Shown one piece after another: positions 35,473 to 43,868 of a stretch of DNA of 64,000 nucleotides. How positions within the stretch are numbered: the first letter of the stretch is position 1; each line of letters starts with the position of its first letter. Below the pieces are notes generated by a model. The model worked only from the letters and a program-made list of their open reading frames with translations, was not told the origin of the DNA and searched no databases. The stretch is taken from the IMG/VR virus record IMGVR_UViG_3300037420_001136, positions 1 to 64,000 of that record; one strand, given 5' to 3'. This DNA comes from a virus. A program made the translations under genes and the position numbers.

Positions 35473-36905
35473 GCCTAGATGAAGAAGTCCTAATCCGAGA
35501 ACTGCTTCGCCGCGAGGAGGCGAAGATCCACATGGAGAACTTCGTTCCCTATGTGACTGAAGGCATTCATACTCCGGCTCCGCATCACCTCATCGTCTGC
35601 CGTGCTCTTGACGCCGCTCTTCGCGGACAGAAGAAGCGTCTCATCATCGCGATGCCTCCGGCACACGCGAAGTCCGTCTACTCTTCTCACAACTTTCCGG
35701 CCTTCTGGCTCGGCAACAAGCCGAAGGATAAGATCATCGCCGCCTCGCACACGCAGCCGTTCGCGGCTGAGATCGGTGCGAAGGTCAGGAATCTCATCAA
35801 CAACGAGATGTATCGGCGTCTGTTCGAGATTCAGATCAGTCCGGACACCCGAGCCAAGGACAGATGGGACACCACGGCTGGAGGCGAGTACTACACCACC
35901 GGCGTCGGCGGAACTGTCGTCGGTCGCCGCGCGAACTTGATCTTGGTGGACGACCCGTACAAGTCCAAGCTGGTAGCCTACTCCGCCACTGAGAGGAAGA
36001 AGATCTCCGAGTGGTTCTTCGTCGACGTGGTTCCGCGACTTCTTCCCGGCGGTGTCATCGTCATCATCGCTACCCGCTGGCACGAGGATGATCTCACCGG
36101 CGAGGTTCTGAAGAAGTCGGCTGCCGGAGAGATTGAACCCTTCGAACTGATTAGCCTTCCGGCGCTGTGCGAGGATCCCACCCTGCCGTTAGAGATGGAG
36201 CTTGGTCGCAAGTACGGCGATGCTCTGTGGCCGGACATGTATCCCTCGGACAAGCTCATGGAGATCAAGGGCGGTATGTCCGCCGACGGCAATCTCGACG
36301 AGTGGAACGCTCTGTATCAGCAGCATCCGCGTCCCGCCGAGACCGGCGAGGTCAAGGCCGACTGGTTCGAGTACTACGATCGTCTTCCCACTGACGAGCC
36401 ACTCATGAACGTGGTGTCGTGGGATACTGCCGGAACTGCTAACGAGCGCTCGGACTTCACGGTGGGTCTAGCCGCCGCTATGGGTCTCAAGAGCCGCCGC
36501 TTCTGGATGCGGGGAATGTATCGCAAGCAGGCAGAGTTTCACACTCTGATGCGCGACATTCCCTACTTCAACTATCAGCATCAGGCTCACGCAGTTCTCA
36601 TCGAGAACAAGGGCACCGGAACTTCGCTGATTCAGGTTCTTCGCAACTCTGGGCAGAACATCATCCCCATCGCGCCGCAGAAGCTCGGCGACAAGGAGAT
36701 GCGTTTTGAACTCGCTATTCCAGCGATGGAGGCCAAGCGTGTTCTTCTCCCGAAGCGGGCCGACTGGGTTCCTCAGTTCCTCGAGGAGCTCCTCACATTT
36801 CCCGCTGCTGTCCACGACGATATTCCCGACGCATTCTCACAAATGATTAACCACTTCTCGGAGAGAAATGTTCGGCGCGGGGTGCGGCCTCTCGTTGGGG
36901 CGTAA
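35469..36905 (+). CDS. terL: Terminase large subunit
   Basis: RLIIAMPPAHAKS (Walker A-like), G.RANL..VDDP, ATRWHEDDL.G, ALYQQ.P, SWDTA, IENKG.G, HDD..DA nuclease motifs. Confidence 0.93.
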   Translation: MSLDEEVLIRELLRREEAKIHMENFVPYVTEGIHTPAPHHLIVCRALDAALRGQKKRLIIAMPPAHAKSVYSSHNFPAFWLGNKPKDKIIAASHTQPFAAEIGAKVRNLINNEMYRRLFEIQISPDTRAKDRWDTTAGGEYYTTGVGGTVVGRRANLILVDDPYKSKLVAYSATERKKISEWFFVDVVPRLLPGGVIVIIATRWHEDDLTGEVLKKSAAGEIEPFELISLPALCEDPTLPLEMELGRKYGDALWPDMYPSDKLMEIKGGMSADGNLDEWNALYQQHPRPAETGEVKADWFEYYDRLPTDEPLMNVVSWDTAGTANERSDFTVGLAAAMGLKSRRFWMRGMYRKQAEFHTLMRDIPYFNYQHQAHAVLIENKGTGTSLIQVLRNSGQNIIPIAPQKLGDKEMRFELAIPAMEAKRVLLPKRADWVPQFLEELLTFPAAVHDDIPDAFSQMINHFSERNVRRGVRPLVGA

Positions 36906-36908
36906 GTG

Positions 36909-36939
36909 CTTGTCTTTAGAGGGCAAAACCGGCTAGGCT
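36909..36939 (+). promoter_or_regulatory. Phage promoter motif copy 6
   Basis: CTTG-tcttta-GAGG-gcaaaaccggc-TAGGCT (spacer 1 nt longer than the others). Confidence 0.6.
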
Positions 36940-36975
36940 GGTACCCTTGGCGAGCAAACAAGAGGAATTAGACGG

Positions 36976-38934
36976 ATGCTTCAGAAGCAGCTCCCGACGC
37001 CGTATCAGAACTTCATTCACAAGTCGCGTTACGCAAGATTCTTAGACGAGTACGGCAGGCGGGAGGACTGGGATGAAACCGTCTCTCGCTACTTCGACTA
37101 CTTCGAGCAAGATCTCGCCGAGCATCACAACTACGTCGTTCCACGAACTCTTCGCTCCGAGCTGGAGGACGCGGTCTCCAATCTGCACGTGATGCCGTCC
37201 ATGCGGGCGATGATGACGGCGGGGGAGGCTCTTCGCCGAGAGAATATCTCTGGCTTCAACTGCGCCTATCTCCCAATCGATCGCCCGAGAGCCTTCGCAG
37301 AAGTTTTGTACATCTTGATGTGCGGAACGGGCGTGGGCTTCAGCGTCGAGCGGCAGATCATCAAGCAGCTTCCGGAAGTGCCGAACGAGTTCTCCGACGT
37401 TCAGGACGAGATTGTAGTCGGCGACAGCAAGCGCGGTTGGGCCGAGGCCTACGAGGAGCTCATCAGACACCTGTACGGCGGCAGGGTGCCTAGGGTAAAC
37501 ACCAGCCTAGTCAGGAAGGCTGGGGAGCGTCTGAAGACGTTCGGAGGACGGGCCAGCGGCCCCAAGCCCCTGCTACAACTGTTTGATTTTACCATCAAGA
37601 TGTTCAAGGACGCCTCGGGACGTAAACTTAACTCCCTGGAAGTCCATGAGATCTGCACCAAGATCGGCGAGGTCGTTGTAGTCGGCGGCGTTCGTCGCAG
37701 TGCGGAGATCAGTCTTAGCAATCTCTCCGATCTTCGTATGCGCGATGCCAAGTCGGGCAACTGGAGTAACGAGAAGCCTCATCTTGCTCTCTCCAACAAC
37801 TCGGTCGCCTACACCGAGAAGCCCGAGGTCGGAGCCTTCATGGAAGAGTGGCTCAGCATCTTCAAGTCCAACAGCGGCGAGCGCGGCATCTTCAATCGCT
37901 ACGGCGCGATCGAGAAGATTCAGCGCTTGGGGCGTCGCGACCACAACTATGAGTTCGGCACCAATCCGTGCGGCGAGATTATTCTGCGGCCCCGTGGCCT
38001 CTGCAATCTTTCGGAGGCGGTAATTCGCGAGAACGATAGCGCCAAGGATATTCGCGAGAAGATTCGTCTCGCGGCCATCATCGGAACTTGGCAGTCTACC
38101 CAGACGCGCTACAACTTCGTAGAACCGGATTGGGCGAAGAATGCCCTGGAGGAGCGTCTCCTCGGCGTCAGCCTGACCGGCATTTACGACAATGCTCTCA
38201 TGCGCGGCGAGCAAGGTCTGGACAAGCTGGCGAACAATCTTCAGCACATGAAGCAGACGGCCATCAAAGCTAATCGCGTCGCGGCCAGCGAAATTGGGAT
38301 TAATCCCAGCGTCGCTGTGACGACCATCAAGCCGAGTGGAACGGTCAGCCAGCTCGTGAACTGCCCCTCGGGGATTCACCAAGGTCATGCTGCGTACTAC
38401 ATTCGTCGCATCTCGCAGGATAACAAGGATCCGGTTACACGGTTCATGGGCGACGCGGGAATTCCAAACGAGCCGCACGACGCCAAGCCGCAGGATATGA
38501 CAGTCTTCAGCTTCCCGATGCGTCTGGGAAGCACGACGGTCACTCGCGATCAGATCACAGCCATCGAGCATCTGGAGCTGGTCAGGACGTACAATCTCAA
38601 CTGGTCTGAGCATGCAGTCAGCTGCACCATCTCCGTCAAGGAGCACGAGTGGCCCGAGGTCGGTGGATGGGTCTACAAGAACTTCGACCTTCTCGCCGGC
38701 GTCAGCTTCCTGCCGCACTTTGAGGCGAGCAGCACCTATACTCAACTTCCGTACGAGACTATCGACAAAGCAACGTACGAGATGCTTGCAGCCGAGATTC
38801 CGGACGACATTGACTGGACTCAGCTGGAACTTTACGAGAAGGGTATCGACACCGTAGAAGGAACACGAGAATTTGCCTGCGTCGGCAACATCTGCGAGAT
38901 TGTCGAGCGCACCACTCCTATCGCAGCGGAGTAA
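36976..38934 (+). CDS. nrdJ: Class II (adenosylcobalamin-dependent) ribonucleotide reductase
   Basis: PSMR, FNCAY, GTGVGFS, VGGVRRSA, TNPCGEI, TTIKPSGTVS and C-terminal CVGNIC; no beta-subunit gene nearby. Confidence 0.92.
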   Translation: MLQKQLPTPYQNFIHKSRYARFLDEYGRREDWDETVSRYFDYFEQDLAEHHNYVVPRTLRSELEDAVSNLHVMPSMRAMMTAGEALRRENISGFNCAYLPIDRPRAFAEVLYILMCGTGVGFSVERQIIKQLPEVPNEFSDVQDEIVVGDSKRGWAEAYEELIRHLYGGRVPRVNTSLVRKAGERLKTFGGRASGPKPLLQLFDFTIKMFKDASGRKLNSLEVHEICTKIGEVVVVGGVRRSAEISLSNLSDLRMRDAKSGNWSNEKPHLALSNNSVAYTEKPEVGAFMEEWLSIFKSNSGERGIFNRYGAIEKIQRLGRRDHNYEFGTNPCGEIILRPRGLCNLSEAVIRENDSAKDIREKIRLAAIIGTWQSTQTRYNFVEPDWAKNALEERLLGVSLTGIYDNALMRGEQGLDKLANNLQHMKQTAIKANRVAASEIGINPSVAVTTIKPSGTVSQLVNCPSGIHQGHAAYYIRRISQDNKDPVTRFMGDAGIPNEPHDAKPQDMTVFSFPMRLGSTTVTRDQITAIEHLELVRTYNLNWSEHAVSCTISVKEHEWPEVGGWVYKNFDLLAGVSFLPHFEASSTYTQLPYETIDKATYEMLAAEIPDDIDWTQLELYEKGIDTVEGTREFACVGNICEIVERTTPIAAE

Positions 38935-38939
38935 CGCCA

Positions 38940-39776
38940 ATGAAATGTGTTCTTCACTCAGAAAGCAACCGTGGCCTCGGCTGGCGTCCAGATCTACCCG
39001 ACTTCCGAGATCATCGCTACAGCGCGTCGGCGCACGGACAGGTGGAGCTTTCACAACCTCTCCCCGTTCGACACGAGGCTCCACGATTCCGCAAGCTTGA
39101 GATCAAGAACCAACGCAATATCGGAAGCTGTACTGGTCAGGCTTGGTCTCGGGAAGCTGCTCGCGAGCGGAAGCTGACACCGCAGTCAGCACTCGCCATC
39201 TACTACGAAGAGCGTCGCATCAACGGAGAGACCGAGATCGACGCTGGCGCCTACATTCGCGACGGAGCCAAGGTCGTGACCAGCTACGGCGTTCCGACCG
39301 AGAAGCTGTGGCCCGACGTTGACGACAACGTCTTCCGCGACCCCAGCGCCAAGGCCGACAAGGATGCCTCGCGGAAAGTCTTCGGCGAGTATCTTCGCGT
39401 CGGCCCCAGCCAGCAGGAGATGTGCGCCGTCATCGCCAGCGGGCATGGATTCGTGATGGGTATCTCCTGCTACGACTCGATGTTCACCTCGATCACGGAT
39501 CGTACCGGCATCATTTCCTATCCTCAGCCCGGAGAATCTCTCCAGGGCGGACATGCTCTTCAGTACGGCGGCTACGATCTTAAGTTCCGCGAGTCTGAGG
39601 CAGCACAACGCTTTCGCGCGATGGGCTTCCCGGACAGCGTCATCCCCGAGCAGGTGCTCATCTTCGCGAATAGCTGGGACGTCTCGTGGGGAGACGGTGG
39701 CTACGGCTATCTTGACATGCGCTTCGCCGTCGACGAGAATCTCGCTGACGACCGTTGGACGATTCGGGTAAAATAA
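38940..39776 (+). CDS. Papain-like (C1A) cysteine peptidase
   Basis: GWRPDLPD.RD N-terminus, Q..IGSCTG (Gln/Cys), GGHA (His), NSW..SWG..GY (Asn). Confidence 0.85.
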   Translation: MKCVLHSESNRGLGWRPDLPDFRDHRYSASAHGQVELSQPLPVRHEAPRFRKLEIKNQRNIGSCTGQAWSREAARERKLTPQSALAIYYEERRINGETEIDAGAYIRDGAKVVTSYGVPTEKLWPDVDDNVFRDPSAKADKDASRKVFGEYLRVGPSQQEMCAVIASGHGFVMGISCYDSMFTSITDRTGIISYPQPGESLQGGHALQYGGYDLKFRESEAAQRFRAMGFPDSVIPEQVLIFANSWDVSWGDGGYGYLDMRFAVDENLADDRWTIRVK

Positions 39777-39793
39777 CGCAATTTTGGAGCATC

Positions 39794-39827
39794 TACAGTG
39801 GGTTAGGCCGTAGGCCAGCCCACTGTA
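39794..39827. terminator. Hairpin at the convergence of plus- and minus-strand gene blocks
   Basis: TACAGTGGGT...GGCC-GTA-GGCC...GCCCACTGTA inverted repeat between convergent genes. Confidence 0.55.
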
Positions 39828-39885
39828 CCGCCCGCCAGCACGCTCAGAGAGCTTCCAAAACAGCTCCTCGAGCAGCATCCCACAG

Positions 39886-40191
39886 CTACAGCAGCACGTA
39901 CCGGCGCACTAGGTCAATAGACGCTGTGGCGGGTTTCAGCCGACCATCGCTTTGACGACCTACGATGAGCGTGGGTCCCCAGATTATACTCTTCGCGAAG
40001 TACCACGTCCTCAATTTCTTCTGAATCCCGTAGAGATCAACGAAGGCGTCGTGATCTGGGAGAACACTCTGGAAAGTGATGTGCCCCAGCACCGGCTCCT
40101 TAATGAACTCCTGGATCTGTGCTAGATCAGCCCAGTCCGCCGACACTTCCGTGATCGTAGAATTATTCGGATTTATGTGAATTGCTCTCAC
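39886..40191 (-). CDS. Hypothetical protein (DUF3846-like)
   Basis: AIHINP....TEV....L..IQ..I pattern; GGAG RBS. Confidence 0.55.
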   Translation of the reverse strand: MRAIHINPNNSTITEVSADWADLAQIQEFIKEPVLGHITFQSVLPDHDAFVDLYGIQKKLRTWYFAKSIIWGPTLIVGRQSDGRLKPATASIDLVRRYVLL

Positions 40192-40291
40192 TCTAGAACT
40201 CCGTATGAGGTTCCGCCATCTCGGGGGTCTTCAACGACGGAACCTCAACTTGTGCGGCAAGCAGCAAGAGCGGGCAAGTGGCCCTAGGCCC

Positions 40292-40321
40292 TTGGTACCG
40301 CGCCGCGCCTCTTTGAGCAAG
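40292..40321 (-). promoter_or_regulatory. Phage promoter motif copy 7
   Basis: Minus strand CTTG-ctcaaa-GAGG-cgcggcgcgg-TACCAA. Confidence 0.5.
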
Positions 40322-40328
40322 CATCAGT

Positions 40329-40598
40329 TTAGCCGCGAAACGTGTAGTGATGTTTGCGAGCAGTAACCTCCACGACGTTCTCCGCCGGAATGGTTCTGAA
40401 CGCCTCCTTCTCCATGTCGAAGACGGTCAAGAGATTCTTGCTCGCAGCGTCGTAGGCCGCACCCTTTCCTGTGATGCCTTTGTGAACTCCTGTTCGGCAG
40501 AGCATCTTACGCTCAGTCCCGTCCGATCTCTTGATGAACGTGACGCTAGCGATCTTTCCGCCGCCGATCAGCTCTTTTAACCTCGAGAGTTCCATCAT
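40329..40598 (-). CDS. SH3/WYL-like beta-barrel protein
   Basis: SVTFIKRSDGTERKM.CRTGV...VFDMEK.AFR.I motif; GGAGG RBS. Confidence 0.7.
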   Translation of the reverse strand: MMELSRLKELIGGGKIASVTFIKRSDGTERKMLCRTGVHKGITGKGAAYDAASKNLLTVFDMEKEAFRTIPAENVVEVTARKHHYTFRG

Positions 40599-40818
40599 CC
40601 TCCCTCGTAATCTTGGCTACCACGTCTCGCTCGCCGTTACGCAGCACGAGACGATCAGTACCGTATTCCTTCTCTACCGAGAACTCTCTACGAGAGCCGT
40701 GGTAGTAGACGCAGCGATCACGGGTGCACTCTTCTCGCAAACGGAGAGTGTCCTGCGCCGCCGCAGCAGTGGGATACCCTAGGGTAAGTCCCAGCACAAG
40801 CAGAAACTTACGTCGCAT
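40546..40818 (-). CDS. Small exported protein
   Basis: GGAGGA RBS, signal peptide MRRKFLLVLGLTLGYPTAAAA. Confidence 0.55.
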   Translation of the reverse strand: MRRKFLLVLGLTLGYPTAAAAQDTLRLREECTRDRCVYYHGSRREFSVEKEYGTDRLVLRNGERDVVAKITREDDGTLEVKRADRRRKDR

Positions 40819-40989
40819 CTTATCCTCCTCCGTGATCTTGAATGAAGCACTCCACCGCTGCCCTGCGGTGTTTCTCCTTATTGGCCGCAGGATGCTGACC
40901 CTCATGGGGATAAGCTCGTAGCTGACCATCCCCCTCACGCTGATCAATCGTGTAGCGAAATCCTGCGTACTCGTATTCTGCCGGTATGA

Positions 40990-41469
40990 TCATCGATCCA
41001 TTCCCAATCCACTGAAGGAGAACACGTTGAGACCATTCTTCGGCTGCGGGACTCCGGAGACCTCGAACTGTTTGGCCTCCTCCTCACTGAGATGCCAGAG
41101 CTTGAAAGCTGGCATCTGCATGATGGCGAGAGCAACGTAACGATGATGTCCGTCTAGCATTAGATCCCACGGTTCTGCGCCGAACTTGTCAAGAACGGTG
41201 CCTCGATTAATTCGCATCATCATGCAGGGATTAAGGCAGCGCTCTGGATTTTGTAGAAGTAGATCGATGCGGTGCTGCTCGATTCCACGATTGGCGATGA
41301 ACCACTCAGCACGGTCAGAGTCTACCTGACTGTGGAACACCTGACGATTCGTCTCACGGCACCAGTCCTCCATGCGATTGACGCACCACATGCGAACAGT
41401 ATTCTTCTCGTCTGGGTTCTCCCAGGTGTAGACGACCTCTTTATCGTCTAGCGTCAGAAAAGGAATCAC
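40990..41469 (-). CDS. ParB/Srx-like domain protein
   Basis: P......LMLDGHHRY.A motif. Confidence 0.55.
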   Translation of the reverse strand: MIPFLTLDDKEVVYTWENPDEKNTVRMWCVNRMEDWCRETNRQVFHSQVDSDRAEWFIANRGIEQHRIDLLLQNPERCLNPCMMMRINRGTVLDKFGAEPWDLMLDGHHRYVALAIMQMPAFKLWHLSEEEAKQFEVSGVPQPKNGLNVFSFSGLGMDR

Positions 41470-41716
41470 TTACTCTTATCCTTCTCATGTGACCTATGAA
41501 GGTCTTACGATCACACTCAATCGCACCGTTGGCAATTGCCTGAACTCGTCTTCCCTTCGCCACGTCGTAGTGTGGGAAGGATCTTGGCTGAAACCACTCT
41601 CGCCTCATGCCGATTCTGCTCGCCATGAGATGAAGTTCCTCCGGCGTATCAGCGATCATGTGACACATCTTCATGCGTCTAAATCCATTCTCTGCTTTGT
41701 CGATGTAGACAGGCAT
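41441..41716 (-). CDS. DUF4031 family protein
   Basis: VYID, MCHMIADT.EELH.MA.RIG..REWFQ, HYD....R..AI..GA. Confidence 0.8.
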   Translation of the reverse strand: MPVYIDKAENGFRRMKMCHMIADTPEELHLMASRIGMRREWFQPRSFPHYDVAKGRRVQAIANGAIECDRKTFIGHMRRIRVSDSFSDARR

Positions 41717-42273
41717 CAGCTAGCCTTTATAGTGCCACAATCGTCCTCGTGCTGCAAGCCGTGACTGCTCTGCTTGTACACGGGAAATCCCTTCTCCGCT
41801 GCCGCCTTATTCTCTCTGTGCACGTACCATCTCTTTCGCCAGTTGATGTGGAAGTTCGTGGGTGAAGTCCCAGAAGCCTCGGCGATCTTCTCCAGGAGTG
41901 CGTAGTTCGCCTTTCCCAGACGAAGAAGAGAGTGCGCGGTCTTGTGATGCACTCCTAGGATCTTGCTTAATTCTCGCGCGTTGTTTCCGCTTAGAAGTTT
42001 GCAGAACTCGCGGACGAGCTCGTTGTCCACCTGGAACTCGTACCACGGTCTCTTCAGGAGGAACTTCTCTATGTTTATGTCCAGATATTCCGCGATGGAT
42101 AGTATCGTCTCGAAGTCTTTGAGACGCTCGCCTTTGATAAGACGATAGATAGCTTTGTGATCTATTCCCGCGCGAGTGTGAAGCTGATAGGCAGCGCCTT
42201 CAGCCTTCCCTAGTCTCGCTAGAGCAACTTCGCGAAACTTCTGGTGATTTAATCTAACGGCCTTCTTGAGCAG
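41716..42273 (-). CDS. Tandem XRE-type HTH transcription regulator (probable CTG start)
   Basis: The frame is open 81 codons upstream of the listed GTG 42030 and encodes a second HTH (AYQLHTRAGIDHKAIYRLIKGERLKDFETILSIAEYLDI); no ATG/GTG/TTG is available, CTG at 42273. Confidence 0.6.
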   Translation of the reverse strand: MLKKAVRLNHQKFREVALARLGKAEGAAYQLHTRAGIDHKAIYRLIKGERLKDFETILSIAEYLDINIEKFLLKRPWYEFQVDNELVREFCKLLSGNNARELSKILGVHHKTAHSLLRLGKANYALLEKIAEASGTSPTNFHINWRKRWYVHRENKAAAEKGFPVYKQSSHGLQHEDDCGTIKAS

Positions 42274-42285
42274 AGCACAGAGTAC

Positions 42286-43440
42286 CTACTGAGCCGGAGC
42301 TAGTCCCTCCAGGCAGTCGCTGAACAGATAGAGACCAACCGTCTCCGTCGAGTTGTACGGAACGCCTACGAGAAGATACGCTCCCTCAGGATGAGGATTC
42401 GGCGAGACATCCACATCTGCCTCGCTACGATACGGCGTCCAGCCCCAAGCATTCGGCAGAAGAGTGAAAACGTCTCCCTGATTTATGACTTGCCCCTCCT
42501 GAAGCGTGCACTGCTTCATAGCTCTCGCGTACTGCGCTCCCTTCAATGGCACGACCGTCCAGCCGGATGGCGTCGGTTCGGGCGGCGGTTCCGGAACTGC
42601 ATCATCGTCAGCGATGGTGATGATGCCTGAGCGGCTCACCTGAGCGTTTGTCACAGGGGTGATGGTGATGTTGAAGTTCTCTGGATCTTCATGCTCGGCA
42701 TCGTTGATGATAGTCACAGGAATGTAGAATCCCGTGGCACCGGCTGGCACCGTGATATCGCCGGAGGAAGCCACGTAATCTACTCCCGGCACGGCTGTCC
42801 CATGCCCCGGATTGATCTCGTAGTGAACAATGGACAAGAGACCATTGTCTCCGGTCTTGGGCACGAAGTACTGGAAGCTTCCGACACTCTCCTGCACCGT
42901 CTGGTCTGGGGGACCGAACGTCGGCGGAGGAGTTGGCTCTGGCGGTTGAGCAACGTCGGAGTCTGTAATCGTACCAATCGCGCTTCCGGTGCCGATCTGT
43001 GCGTTCAACGACGCGGTAATCGTCGCCTGAAGGGTTTCGGTTCCCTCCGGCACATCGTCGTTCACGAGACTGACGACCTGATTCTTCACAGCCTCACCAG
43101 TACCGAACTGAACGCTGGAGGTGAGAGGAACGAAGTCCGAACCCGCCAGAGCCGTCTGGCCGGAGACTGTGAACTGAACGGTCGAGATGTTCGTCAGGTC
43201 ACCCGTTCTGCTGAGCTGAAAGATGAGCTGCCCCTCGTTCTCGTCAGCCGTGGCGGACGAGATAGAGATTGTAGGAGCGACGGGCGTCGGCGTGGGAGTC
43301 TGCTTGACGCAATGGTTCCCTTGACGAATATACCCGCTGGGACAGTTCACCACAGGCTTCGCTGCGGCAACTACCGAGTCTGTGTCAGTCGTACAGGCAG
43401 TCGTCGCCAGAAGGATGCCGACTATAAGAGAAATTCGCAT
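42286..43440 (-). CDS. Lipoprotein with two Calx-beta domains
   Basis: Signal peptide and lipobox (LATTA-C); two repeats of E..G...F...RTG....STV.F.....TA.AG.D....F..GE.......V.L.ND...E..E; Pro-Thr linkers. Confidence 0.8.
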   Translation of the reverse strand: MRISLIVGILLATTACTTDTDSVVAAAKPVVNCPSGYIRQGNHCVKQTPTPTPVAPTISISSATADENEGQLIFQLSRTGDLTNISTVQFTVSGQTALAGSDFVPLTSSVQFGTGEAVKNQVVSLVNDDVPEGTETLQATITASLNAQIGTGSAIGTITDSDVAQPPEPTPPPTFGPPDQTVQESVGSFQYFVPKTGDNGLLSIVHYEINPGHGTAVPGVDYVASSGDITVPAGATGFYIPVTIINDAEHEDPENFNITITPVTNAQVSRSGIITIADDDAVPEPPPEPTPSGWTVVPLKGAQYARAMKQCTLQEGQVINQGDVFTLLPNAWGWTPYRSEADVDVSPNPHPEGAYLLVGVPYNSTETVGLYLFSDCLEGLAPAQ

Positions 43441-43464
43441 GAGAGGTCTCCCGCCGAATATTCT

Positions 43465-43494
43465 CTGTTAGCACGGCCTAGCTCAGTTGAACAG
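43465..43494 (-). promoter_or_regulatory. Phage promoter motif copy 8 (variant -35)
   Basis: Minus strand CTGT-tcaact-GAGC-taggccgtgc-TAACAG. Confidence 0.45.
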
Positions 43495-43496
43495 GG

Positions 43497-43667
43497 CTAC
43501 AGCTTGCGCCAGACGTTGATGACTCTGCTGTTCGGGATGCCCTTCTTCACCAGCTGATCCTTGGCGTCCGTCATCCCAGTCGCCGTCAGGTCCATGAACA
43601 TAAGCTGACCGTTATCGTCGATGTACTTCGCAGTGTAGATCTGCGTCCTGTTAATTTCCACCGGCAT
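43497..43667 (-). CDS. Hypothetical protein (56 aa, below the ORF-track cutoff)
   Basis: AAGGAGA RBS; MPVEINRTQIYTAKYIDDNGQLMF... Confidence 0.55.
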   Translation of the reverse strand: MPVEINRTQIYTAKYIDDNGQLMFMDLTATGMTDAKDQLVKKGIPNSRVINVWRKL

Positions 43668-43679
43668 TCTTCTTCTCCT

Positions 43680-43868
43680 TTAGACGCAGCGCGCCTGTCT
43701 GTGATCTATCTGATTGGACAAGAACCAAAACTGGTTCCGATAATTCTTCGCGGCGGCGAAGCACTCCAAGCTGTCGGGAATCATCTCCCAACTCTCCACA
43801 AGAGTGCGTCCGCAGAAGCTGATCCAGCGCCAGCGCCATCCGTTCCCGTGAGGAATGACCTCAAGCAC
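43680..43868 (-). CDS. Hypothetical protein
   Basis: 62 aa with WRWR motif, coupled to the ligase end. Confidence 0.5.
   Translation of the reverse strand: MLEVIPHGNGWRWRWISFCGRTLVESWEMIPDSLECFAAAKNYRNQFWFLSNQIDHRQARCV

Noticed and set aside
27213-38934. Inteins, introns or homing endonucleases in polA, helicase, terL or nrdJ
   Set aside because: Proteins are normal length with contiguous motifs; no intein termini or LAGLIDADG/HNH motifs seen.
37573-39084. 503-aa minus-strand ORF (also 3854-4996, 21377-22339, 31053-31826, 42691-43557 and similar)
   Set aside because: Antisense shadows of well-supported genes (nrdJ, tail tube, wHTH protein, helicase, Calx-beta protein). Biased codon usage suppresses stops on the opposite strand, and they show no motifs.
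40200-40290. Hairpin GAGGTTCCG/CGGAACCTC in the leader after promoter copy 7 as a riboswitch
   Set aside because: A single stem with no recognisable aptamer consensus; may simply be a terminator or stabiliser.
42286-42288. Genome-wide TAG reassignment (alternative genetic code)
   Set aside because: Many genes end at TAG exactly where the next gene starts, and conserved enzymes are full length without internal TAG.
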